The notes under the pieces were generated by a model. That model saw only the letters and a program-made list of their open reading frames with translations, was not told the DNA's origin and did not search any database. 64,000 nucleotides of DNA from Chiloscyllium plagiosum (taxonomy: Eukaryota): contig NC_057718.1 in NCBI RefSeq assembly GCF_004010195.1, forward strand, positions 91,187,986 to 91,251,985, written 5' to 3'. The translations under genes were made by a program, and so were the position numbers. This document shows positions 12,107-23,000 of the stretch, in pieces (position 1 is the first letter of the stretch; each line of letters opens with the position of its first letter).

Positions 12107-12312
12107 TTTCCGACCGTTGTTTTTTTTTTCCACTCTCCTCAATCGTTCTTTTGCTAATTCAAAGTAAAACGCAACCACTAAAATGAAATAAAACAAAACG
12201 CTGTCGCCGTCGCCGTCGCCGTCACCGTCACTCCGACAGCAGCCCAGCAAACATCCGGGCCTCCCGCGCCGTGACCTCCGACCCGACAGCACACCACGTG
12301 GTACCGACGGCA

Positions 12313-12350
12313 GTTGCCATGGTACCGGAGCGCCGCGTTGCTAAGGCATC
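12313..12350 (+). promoter_or_regulatory. Tandem RFX X-box-like motifs (GTTGCCATGGTACC; GTTGCTAAGGCATC)
   Basis: Both resemble the X-box consensus GTTGCCATGGCAAC and sit at the 5' end of the ciliary gene CFAP61. Confidence 0.7.
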
Positions 12351-12484
12351 TTGTGGCTTCTCGGTCGCGAAGGCTGTGGCAGTGGCGCAGGTTTGTTTTA
12401 CTTTTAAGAAAGAAATTGAGTGACTTCTTCTATCTGGAAGAGGGCAAATTTTTATTATTATGCGTGGGGCAGAGGCTTATAAAG
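12330..12484 (+). other. CFAP61: Putative non-coding first exon of CFAP61 (candidate donors CAG|GTTTGT after 12390 or AAG|GTGAGC after 12484)
   Basis: The ATG exon at 14799 has an acceptor only 7 nt before the ATG, so an upstream UTR exon is expected. Its boundaries are inferred. Confidence 0.4.
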
Positions 12485-12509
12485 GTGAGCTCAGACTTGG
12501 CTAAATTCA

Positions 12510-12765
12510 ACAATAAAACAAAGAATTGCGGAGGCTGGAGATCTGAACAAAAACAGAAATTGCTGGACTGTTAGCTCAACCGGTCTGTTAGTATCTCTGT
12601 AAAGAGAAAGCAACGTTTCGACTTCAGAGTCCGAACGAAGGGTCGCTGGACCCGAAGTTAACTCTGATTTTTCTCCACCGATGCTGCCAGACCTGCTGAG
12701 CTTTTCCAGCAACTTCTGTTTTTGTTTCGGATTTAGAGCATTCGCAGTTCTTTCAGTTTTTATTT
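12510..12765. mobile_element. Family B fold-back Penelope-type insertion next to the CFAP61 promoter (other copies ~47985-48095, ~62800-62940, ~15270-15380)
   Basis: Inverted arms AAAAACAGAAATTGCTGGA.../...TCCAGCAACTTCTGTTTTT, with a degenerate GGGTC-loop-GACCC GAA core. Confidence 0.6.
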
Positions 12766-13167
12766 AGAGAGAAAGCGGTAATACTTATTGAGTGTTCATT
12801 TTGAAATAGCCAAAAGTTACACAATACCAGGTTTATTCAAAATCACAAGCTTTTGGGGTGCTGCTCCTTTGTCAGATGAAGTAATCAATCAGATCATAGC
12901 TCACCCCTTCACTTACTATTCAGCTGTTGACACTTTATTCACACCGTTTGAAACTTTTGATCAATTGCAAAAACGTTATTCGGCCTGTCGACATTCAACT
13001 CATATTATTTGTACTTTTGACACTCTTAATTGCCTGGAACTATCTTGCCATTATCTCTCGACCTATAAATTCTATGCCTGTGTACTTCCTTCCACTTCAC
13101 TTAACAATACACTTCATTTGACAAAGGAGCAACACTCTAAAACTTGTGATTTCAAATAAACCTGTTG

Positions 13168-13702
13168 AGCTGTACAGGACTTTGGTTAGGCCACAGTTGG
13201 AGTACTGTGTGCAGTTCTGGTCGCCTCACTTTAGGAAAGATGTGGAAGCTTTGGAGAGGGTGCAGAGAAGATTTACCAGGATGTTGCCTGGAATGGAGAG
13301 GAAGTCGTACGAGGATAGGTTGAGAGTTCTCGGCCTTTTCTTGTTGGAACGGCGAAGGATGAGGGGTGACTTGATAGAGGTTTATAAGATGATCAGAGGA
13401 ATAGATAGAGTAGACAGTCAGAAACTTTTTCCCTGGGTACAACAGAGTGTTACAAGGGGACATAAATTTAAGGTGAAGGGTGGAAGGTATAGGGGAGATG
13501 TCAGGGGTGGGATCTTTACCCAGAGAGTGTTGGGGCATGGAATGCGCTGCCCGTGGGAGTGGTGGAGTCGGAATCATTGGCGACCTTTAAGCGGCATTTG
13601 TATAGGTACATGGATGGGTACTTAATCTAGGTTAGAAGTTCGGCACAACATCGTGGGCCGAAGGGCCTGTTCTGTGCTGTATTGTTCTATGTTCTATGTT
13701 CT
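13168..13702 (+). mobile_element. 5'-truncated CR1 LINE
   Basis: LYRTLVRPQLEYCVQFWSP... (ORF 13146..13625) with a (TTCTATG)n tail. Confidence 0.9.
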
Positions 13703-14805
13703 AACTATAACTTGGTGTCGTGTGACTTCTGACTTTGTCCTCCCCAGTGCAACACTGGCAGCTCCACATTATTGTGAAATACTCAAGACAAATCTGACCA
13801 TTATGCGTTATTTGCAGCTTTTACTGTTTATTCTTTCTAAGAATGAATAACTGTCCTTCTGTCTCTACGGATGTGCCTGACCTGCAGGTTGCTTCAGTTT
13901 TATTCAGTATATTTTAAGGGTATATACCAACAAACTTGGAGAAATGTGTTATTTATAGCCTATAGAATTATTGTGTGCAATATGTAATTTAATCCATGCT
14001 TTATCTCTATTTCTCCAATCCTTTTTCCTAATTGTGGTTAGATACAATTCAGCTTTGAGGCAAAATCTGTGAGATGTGGTGGTGTGACTGGCTATTAAGT
14101 TTTGGAATTAGCAGAAGGCATAACATCAGAGTTGATTCACAAGTCACATATGATTCCTCATAATTCAGAAGAAGTTATGTTGTGAAGAAGACCCATGTTA
14201 TCATTGTTTTTCCTCATTCATAGAGCAGCCCTCTAGAAAGTACCTATAACCATTATGGATCACCAGCATCTCAAGGGCTGAAATGTTTCAAAGAGAAGGC
14301 CCTCAGTGATCACACAAGATAACTAGGAATTCACAAAAGTTGTTGGTGTCAACCACATTCTGAGAATAAATAAAAATGACCTAAGTAACATTGACAATTT
14401 ATATTTATATCTTTTTAACTTCATTTCAGTGACGATTTTGAAGTGTCAGTACATAGTTCACAGGACATCAAACAGGATAGGAGAGATAATTAGCAAGATG
14501 TTTTTGATAACCTTATCTATTATCTCTGCCTCTAATGATATAGTAATATCATTTTAATTTTAAATTGTAATGCCTAGTCATTTATTTAGCTCCATAGATC
14601 TGTAGTGGTTATTGTTGCTCAAAATTTTGTTTGACAATGTTTGCACAAGATTATCATATCCTTTCAATTTTTGCCATTGATACCTGTGACTGAAAATATT
14701 GTTCTGTCTAATTGCAATTTTTATGACCCTGAGTAAATATTTTCATTACCTCATGATATGCTATAATTTCCATTCCTTATCTGTACTCTCTTTTCCAGAG
14801 CAACA

Positions 14806-14948
14806 ATGACAACAATATATGCTTCAGGTGGAGGAAGTCTAGTAATAAATGTCAGACGATCAGAATCTCAAGATGCACATCAGATTGTGAAACTGTTCAC
14901 CCCCAGTACGACAGCCATGTTTGGAAGAATTAATATCTTCTACCTGCT
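14806..14948 (+). CDS. CFAP61: Cilia- and flagella-associated protein 61, first coding exon (MTTIYASGGGSLVINVRRSESQDAHQIVKLFTPSTTAMFGRINIFYLL)
   Basis: Pyrimidine tract plus CAG acceptor at 14798, ATG at 14806, donor GTATGT. RR.ESQD...FG.INI.YL matches the CFAP61 N-terminus, and the head-to-head position with CRNKL1 fits. Confidence 0.88.
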
Positions 14949-15449
14949 GTATGTATATGTAAAGAATGTCCAGTAATAAGGCCTTAGAAAAGCTGTTTTC
15001 ATTGAAGTGTACAGAGCTAATATGTGTTTTAGTGATTAGGTGCAAAAGTACAACTAAGGATAAAAAGCTACGGTGGAAATAATTATAGCTCAAATTGCAT
15101 CTGAATTTCCTTTAATCTTTATCATAATGTACCAAGGTGATTCATGAATTATTACAAACTAAATCAATGAGATTAACAGGCAAGCAACCATTTCAGAGTT
15201 TACTTTGTCCTATCATATTGTCATTTTCTGTGCCATTCTACAACTTAAAGGCAATCTGTTACAAAATATAAGTAGAACTTGTTGGGGGGAAAACCCAACA
15301 AGTCAAGAATATTCTGCAGGGATATAAACAGAATTAATGTTTACTGTTGATCACCTTGCATCGGATCTGGAAGAAGCTAGAGATTTAATAATATATAAGT
15401 AAGTGCAAAGCCAGGGAAGAAGTGGAACATGTGGGGACATCTGCAAGGA

Positions 15450-17845
15450 AAATATAAGAACAAAAGAAATAAAAGTAGGAGTAGACATTTGGCTCCTCAC
15501 GTTCGCCCTGTCAGTCAGTAAGATTATGGCTAATCTGTGCAGGCGTCAACTTCTGTTTCATATCATCTCCTTGTAGCTCTCAATTCCCAATAGTTCTAAA
15601 ATCTATCTATCCTCTCTTTCAACATTTCAATAATCAAACCTCTACAACTCTCTGGTACAGAATTCCAGCCATTCACTATCTTCTGAGAAAATAAATCACT
15701 TCACATCACAGTTTTAAATAAATATTCTCTTTCCATGTAACAATGTTCCCAAGTTTGAGATTCTCCCTCTCGTGGAAGCATCTTTTCGATATCTACCCTG
15801 TCATGATCCTCGGAATTTTGAGCACTTCAATAAAATTATCCCTTCTGTTTGTAAACCCTAACCTGTTCAGCCATTTCTATTAAGTCAATCCTTTCATCCT
15901 AGGAATCAGCCAATGAATCTTTTTTGAGCTGCCTCCAGTACTAGTATATCCTTTCTGAAATATAAGGACCAAGACAGAACTCCAGGGTATGGCCTCACCA
16001 ACACCGTCTACATTTGTAATAAGACTTCCTTATTTTTAAGCTCCAACTCCCTGGTAATGAAGGCCAAAATTCTCTTTGCCTTCTTAATTACTTGCCGCGA
16101 GCTTACTTTTTATGTTTTGTTTACAAGATCACTTTTTGCTGCAATTTTTTGAAGTTTTTCTCCATTTAAATAATAGTCTACCTTTTGGTTCTTCTTGGCA
16201 AAGTATATGATCTCCAATTTCCTATATTAAACTCAATCTGCCAAGTGTTTTGCCCACTCAGTCAACTTATTGCTATCCCCTTGCAAATATTTATGTCCTT
16301 ATCACAGCATGACCTCCCAACTACTTCTGTATCATCAGTAAGTCTGGTTACATTCAACATTAGCCCCCCACCAAAAGTTATTAATACAGATCGTTAAGAA
16401 TTGAAGCCCTAGGACCTATCCACATAGCACTCCAATAGTTACATACTTCCAACCTGAAAATGTCCTGTTAATTCCAAATGCCCGTCTTCTATGTGTAAAC
16501 CAATCCTCAATCCATACTAATGCATTATTCACAGTACAGTGAACTCCTATATTGTGCAACAACATTTTCTAGGGCACCTTCTGTGGAAATCTAAATACAC
16601 TACATCTACCAGTTCATTTTTATCAACTTTGCTTGCTCTCAATGAACTCTAGCAATTTTGCCAAGCAGATTTCCCTTTGACAAAACCATGTTGAACTTGC
16701 TTGATTGCATTAAGCTTTTCTAAATGTCCTGCTAATAATGGACTCCAGCATTTCTCTTAATAATGGACTCTGACACTTTCCCAATGACAGATGTTAGGCT
16801 AACTAGCATGCACTTTCCTGCTTTCTATCTCCCTTCCTCCTTGAACAGGAACATGATATTCATGGTTCCCGTCTCTCAGGGTGTGTTTTAGAATATTTTG
16901 GCCAATACCTCCATTATCTCTGTAATCATTTATTTTAAAACCTTGGATCAGGTCTTGGTGATTTGTCTGCCTTTGGTTTCATTAGTTTGTCAATAACATT
17001 TTCACTTATGATAGACACTGTGACAAGATTTTTTTATCCCATTAGCATTTTGGTTATCTATTATATTTTGGGGGTGTTTATGAAGACTGACGCAAAATGT
17101 TGCTTTTAAGTGCCAAAACCCTATTCCCTGTTATTAATTCCCCAGTTGCATCCTCTGGGGTCCCAAACTCCTTTAGCTACTATTTTTCTTTTTGTAGAAA
17201 AAGCTCTAGCCATTCATTTTCTTGTCAGTTTACTGTCATCATCAAATTCATCCTCTTTTAATAGCTTTTTAGTCATACGCTGTTGGTTCCTAAAACTTCC
17301 TGATCTTCTGGTCTTTGTTGTTTTGTATACATTAGTTTATGATTGGATATTCTCCTTGACTATTGTTGTTAACCATTGTTGGTTCATGGTTCTCAAGTCC
17401 TTCTTTTTGACTGGAATAAAGTTTTGCTCAGCATTGTGAAATATCTGCTTAAACGTCTGCCTCTGCTCATCCACTGACCTTCCCTTACGTCTATTTCCGA
17501 GTTGCTTTAGCAACTCTTTTTTTCACATCACCATAATGTTTTTTTTCAAGTTGATGATACTGGTTGGACACCTGAGTTGCTTATCTGCACACTGAATTTG
17601 AAATTCCAGCATTTTGTGACTGCCACCACCACCCCCAAGACTCCAGAAGTCTAAGATCTCATTCATCTAATTTCATCATACACTATAGGTATAAAACAAC
17701 CTGTTCTCGAATAGGTCCTCCAACATATTGCTCAAAGAAACAATTCCTGACGCAGTCTACAAATTTGTCTTCCATGTTACTTTTGCCAATCTGATTTGTC
17801 CAGTCAACAGAGATTAAAATCACCCTTGACAATTGAAGTGCCATC
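15450..17845 (-). mobile_element. Old decayed CR1 LINE
   Basis: Degenerate similarity to the other CR1 copies across the RT and EN regions. Confidence 0.65.
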
Positions 17846-18198
17846 AACTTATCTGTTTTGTTATTAATGTTGCCTGCATTTAGCTAAAGATTCTTAAGAT
17901 TTTACTTTATACCATTCCCGTAGAGGGGAAAGGAATGTGTTTAATGATGTCACCACCCGTTTGTACAAAACAAGATCCAACAAAATAAATTATCTGGACA
18001 TCATATCATTGCTGTGTGTGGGACCTTGTTTTGTGCAAACTGGTTTTCATATATTAAGCAGTGGTTATACTTCAAAAGTGGCTTATATGCTATAAAGTGC
18101 TTTGAGATGACCTGAGGTCATTCAAGCATTTTAGTTACTGAATGAATGCAAGATCAGAATTTCTTTAAGAGTTCTGTTTTATTTCCTTGCACCTCCAG

Positions 18199-18349
18199 AG
18201 AAAAAGCAAATCTTGCTTTGACAGTGGAAAATGAGAAGAAAGACGTTTTAGCTCATGCTGTTTTCTTGGATTATCCAAATATTGAGGCTGTTGAGAAAGA
18301 CAACTGGGAACCATGGCTACATACATATGGTCCTAGTTCAAAATGTACA
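18199..18349 (+). CDS. CFAP61: CFAP61 coding exon 2 (EKANLALTVENEKKDVLAHAVFLDYPNIEAVEKDNWEPWLHTYGPSSKCT)
   Basis: CAG/GTAAGT boundaries, 151 nt, EKANLA...FLDYPN motif. Confidence 0.92.
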
Positions 18350-19691
18350 GTAAGTTGAAATCTGAAAATAATAATAATTCTGAATGTGGGATTCAATATG
18401 TACTGCAATGACAAAATATTTTCACAACCACAGTAAATATGTTTTGTGTTAATGAATTCACTGTTGTGGACTTTGCAGTGAGCAGTTAAGGAAATTGCTC
18501 ACATTAAACACAAAGCTCATAAAGATCTAGCCATTACTGCAGTGTGATTTTCTACTCTCCTAATAGTAAATTTGGTACCAGTACATTTGGTGGCAGCAAC
18601 AGTGTTGTCCCAAGAATTTAAGAGTTGTTGATAAAAATTAAATGTTATTTCACTTAATTTGGAACCCCACTCTTATACCTGTTTCCCAGACTTTTACCTC
18701 TGGCTATCTCCCCCAAACAATTCTCGGCCACGCCCCAACTGAATTATTTTCCTCTACTACTTCTTTCCCTAAGTATTTTCATTCTTTCCACAGCTGAGTT
18801 ATGTTTGCATATTACATATATTTATCATCCTTATCTACTCCCCTCTGTACACTGCCCAGCCCAGCATCAAGTATTTCCAAGATTAGTCTTTTTTAATATA
18901 ATAAAAATGCAGAATATTTTAAATCTAAAGATGTCTGTTAAGAAGAAAACCTATGCAAAGTTCAAAATCTTTTTAATTTCCTGAAATTTCTAATCCTCTT
19001 TTGTCTCTCTGTCCCTATTCTTGAATTCACATGCTTTCTCAATTCCTTCCTTTTTATCTTGGATTTGCTTTTGACTTACTTACTCCTGCCTTATACTTCC
19101 TTCTTTTCCTTCTTTCTTGCCCCTTCCTGCCATATTTCCTGCCTCTGCTTTCTTTCTGCCTTCCTCCTATTTCTCCAAAATGCAGTTTCCCCAACATCAC
19201 TTTCTTTCTGCTTTCTCTCCCATTCTACCTCTGCCCCTCATTTCTTTTCTTTTAAATTAAATACCCTGCATAACTCTCCTCTGCTTTCCCTTCACCTTTA
19301 TTTATCTTGCCACTCCTTTCTGTTCATCTTTACTCTCTTTCATCTTCCCAATCTATTTCCCCATTTCCTTGTCCAATGCCTTCTATTTTGCAATGATATA
19401 ACAATTACCATTTATTGGGAAATCTATAAATTTCACTTTAACATGTGACTAGACATTGTGAATTGTGAGTTACAATGATACGAATGTTACTTGCAATATG
19501 CTTTGTGTAGATTGGCAAACCCTTATTGTGTCAAGAGTGTGCGTTCTCTGGTTTCTGGCATCTCTTAAGTATTACATCTATAGACTGTGGATAAATGTGA
19601 TAAAATATCACTGACTTTCTTTAATTTTTTTATGGATATTTCATTGGGTGAGTTATGTTCACATACAGCATATTTTTTTAAATCTTGACAG

Positions 19692-19768
19692 CCTTTGAAC
19701 ACCCTTTTTTTACATTTGCTTGTGACAAAATCAAGAGTCGCAGGTGGTTGTGCTAGAGAGATTGTCAG
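19692..19768 (+). CDS. CFAP61: CFAP61 coding exon 3 (PLNTLFLHLLVTKSRVAGGCAREIVR)
   Basis: CAG/GTAGGT boundaries, 77 nt, PLNTLF.HL motif, phase consistent. Confidence 0.9.
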
Positions 19769-19989
19769 GTAGGTTGTGTGTCAGGTAGGTTCTTAACTGT
19801 GGGTAAATTATTCATTCCACTATGGATACACTCAGGCACTGTGCAAGAAAATCTTTGCAAAGCTGTAGAATCATCAGTTACTTGCAAAGGTGTTGATCAA
19901 ATCTACCTCGGACACATGTTGTCATGCTAGGGACTCAGGGAGAATATTACAAAAATAACTTTGAGACGAAGGGCAAGTGGACAAATGAT

Positions 19990-20080
19990 CTGTGCAATGT
20001 CATTTTATCCTTTCTAAGAATTGTTAAATATCATTGCTTACTGTTAAATATCTTAGAAAGGATAAAATGACATTGCACAG
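19990..20080. repeat. Perfect 30-bp inverted repeat abutting the LTR
   Basis: 19990-20019 is the exact reverse complement of 20051-20080. Confidence 0.9.
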
Positions 20081-23000
20081 TGTTTGAACAGCCAGACCCC
20101 CAAACTATTTTAAGGAGGTAGCCTAGACCCAAATGTTTTCCTATTTTAAAGGCTATTGTAAGGTGCCATTTTCCAGATGCAATGCGACTGGTCAAACTAC
20201 TTGATGTTAAGCAAAACACCATTTATTCAAATATTATAGTTAAGGTGCAACAAAAAAGAGCAACTTAGAATAACGTAATTCTATTGGAAAATTTAACAGA
20301 ATAGATACAGTAGTATTACTAATTAACTGTTGCAATATAGTAATATCCCACAAACACATTATTTGGGCAAAAAGGCAAATCCAGAAATCAGATTTTTTCA
20401 AAAGTAACATCTACAGTAGGAAGAGAAACCCAGACTTCTAGCTGTAACTAAGAGAAGGGGAAAAAGATAGCTTTTACTTCTTCAAAACTCCAGCAGCTTC
20501 TACTGAACCCAAAAGCTAAAAAAACCTAGAAATCCTGGTCAGTGAGAGCTGCCAAACCCATCCAAACTGCTTCTATTGTTCGAACATTTTAAAAAACCCT
20601 GTGGCCTCATAAGCTGCTTACGTTACCAAAAACAGTTCATCACCTCTCATTCAATCTCTCTCTTCAAAGAAACCAGGACAAGATACACATCTTAAAGCCA
20701 CAGCATTGTAACACCACATTCCCTTAAAAGAAATGAACATTCAATATACAAAGGTGGCTTCATTTTTAAAGACCTTAATCTTATGCTATTAGTACACTAC
20801 AATACATATACATTACATTGACTCTATGCATGCAAATATTCACTACTACAAGCTATTTCAGTCTGTTTATTCCTGCCACCAAATGATTCCGTCTTCCTCC
20901 ATCAAAGTTGTGACAACGCATCAGTAATTATCCACGTGTCCTGCCACGTGTATAATTTTCAAATTGAATAACTGCAAGAATAGGTCCATTTAACCAGTCT
21001 GGAACTTTTTCTTTAAACTGCTTCAAGAGTTTTCAGGCGTAATGATCAATATATACAATTGTCTCAGGCACAGTTACTGATAATACAAATGTTGAAACAT
21101 TGTAGCGCCAACACCAAATGCTGTAATGCTGAAGGCCCCCTTCTCAATCATGGAATATTTTCCTTGATGATTATTTAGTTTTCTGAAAATACCCAATAGG
21201 TCTTTCTATCTTCTCATCATCTTCTTGCAAGAGTATAGCACCAACACCCACATCACATGGTAAATAGCCATCTTGAATGACTTTACATAATTAGGTGTGA
21301 CTAACACTAGGACAGTGGTTAACACAGCATTCAGCCTGTCAAATGCCTTCTGACAATTCTCTGTCCACTGAAATTTTCTGTACTTCTTCAGTAAATCAGT
21401 CAGTGGAGCACACTTCTAAAATTCAGTACTAACCTCCAATAAAAAACATCAATCCGAGAAATCATAGATAGCACCTTCTTCATTGATGGTTAAGGAAACT
21501 TCTCAGTATTATTTGTCTTCACGTCCTGTGGGGCCATCTGCCAATATCCAGTAAAATGGCCCAGAAATGTGACTTGGGGTTTTGCCAACTTACTCTTAGC
21601 CAGATTGATCACCAAGTCTGCTTCCCAAAGTCTATGGAACAATTCTGAGAGATGCTGCAAATGTTCTTTCCACGTGTGACTAAAAATCACCATATTGTTG
21701 AAGTGTACCACACAATTGGATAAACCAGAAATGACTTTATTAGTTAGGCTTTGAAATGATTTAGATTTAGATTACCTACAGTGTGGAAACAGGCCCTTCG
21801 GCCCAACCAGTCCACACTGATTCTCCGAAGAGTAGTCCACTCAGAACTATTTCCCTCCTAACGCTAACACTGAGCCACCGTGTCGCCCCAAATGTGGCTG
21901 GTGCATTTTTCATGCCAAATGGCATGACTTTAAATTGGTATAGTCCATTCGGTGTCTAGGAAGCCAAAATTATCTTTGCTCTTTTGGATAAAGATACCCG
22001 CCAGTATCATCTGAACAAGTCCAACTTATAATTATAGGTTGCTTGTCCTACCTTCTCAATACAGTCTTCCAAACATGCAATAGAATATGAATCAGACATT
22101 TTAACTGCATTGACTTTATAATAGTCCACACATAATTGTTGGGTACCATCTGGAATTAGCACTATTACTATGGGTGAGCTCCAGTCACAGCAACTCACTT
22201 CTATTATGTTGTCTTTGAGCATGTGTTCAATCTCTTTTTGAACCTGTGTCAAGTTTAGAGGGTTAAGAGTATAAGGATGTTGTTTAACTGGAACAGCACT
22301 TCCTATATCTACACCTTGCATGATTAGTTTAGTACTTCTCAACTTATTCCCATATATCTCCCCATGAGATTGTAGTGACCTTTCAGGTCATTTAAATTTT
22401 CCTCTGGAAGCTAACTCAGTAATTTATCCCAATTTTTGACAACTTCCTCATTGTCCAATATAATTTGGGGGAATGTCCAATTCAGAATCATCTGAATTTG
22501 TTTCTTCACTCTGTAACCAGTAACACATTCTTCTTTAGCTTTCCTTCGTTATCAAACTCTTTTCAGCAATTCACACGATGCATTCTGTGAGATTTCTTTC
22601 TATCTGGCACTTTTATCAAATAATTCACCTCACTCAAATTCGATTTGATTAGGCCCACTAAACCTTACTTTTAACGGTTCATCTACCACTGGAAGTAACA
22701 CTGACACTTTATCCTCACTAGCAAAATTGCAAATTTTTGATTTCTAGTCTACTTCCTGTTTCATCACATGCTGTGCTACTTTTAAATGCTATCTAGCCAA
22801 CTCACCCGCTCTATTTAATCTTTCCCTAAAATTTGACACATTGTCCAAATATGTGACTCTAAACTCTGACTCACCAATTTCTCCTTAATTAGTTTCAGTG
22901 GTCCTCTTACCTCATGCCAAAAACTAATTCAAATGGCCTGAATTTAGTAGATTCATTAGTTGCATTCCTCATTGCAAATAGGGTAAATAAAATTCCTTTA

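Larger units (their letters stand above)
12050..12390. promoter_or_regulatory. CpG-rich bidirectional promoter region shared by CRNKL1 and CFAP61
   Basis: The clearest CpG-dense stretch in the window, lying between the divergent genes. Contains (GTCGCC)n at 12203-12230, E-box CACGTG at 12295-12300 and a YY1-like GCCATTTT over the CRNKL1 ATG. Confidence 0.8.

Noticed and set aside
11873-12292. 139-aa minus-strand ORF suggesting an N-terminally extended CRNKL1
   Set aside because: It has a non-ATG start, and the upstream part is low-complexity translation of the (GTCGCC)n promoter/UTR tract. The downstream part reads through the exon 1 donor into the intron.
19031-19448. Leu/Phe/Ser-rich ORFs resembling membrane proteins
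   Set aside because: Translation of a pyrimidine-rich low-complexity intronic tract.
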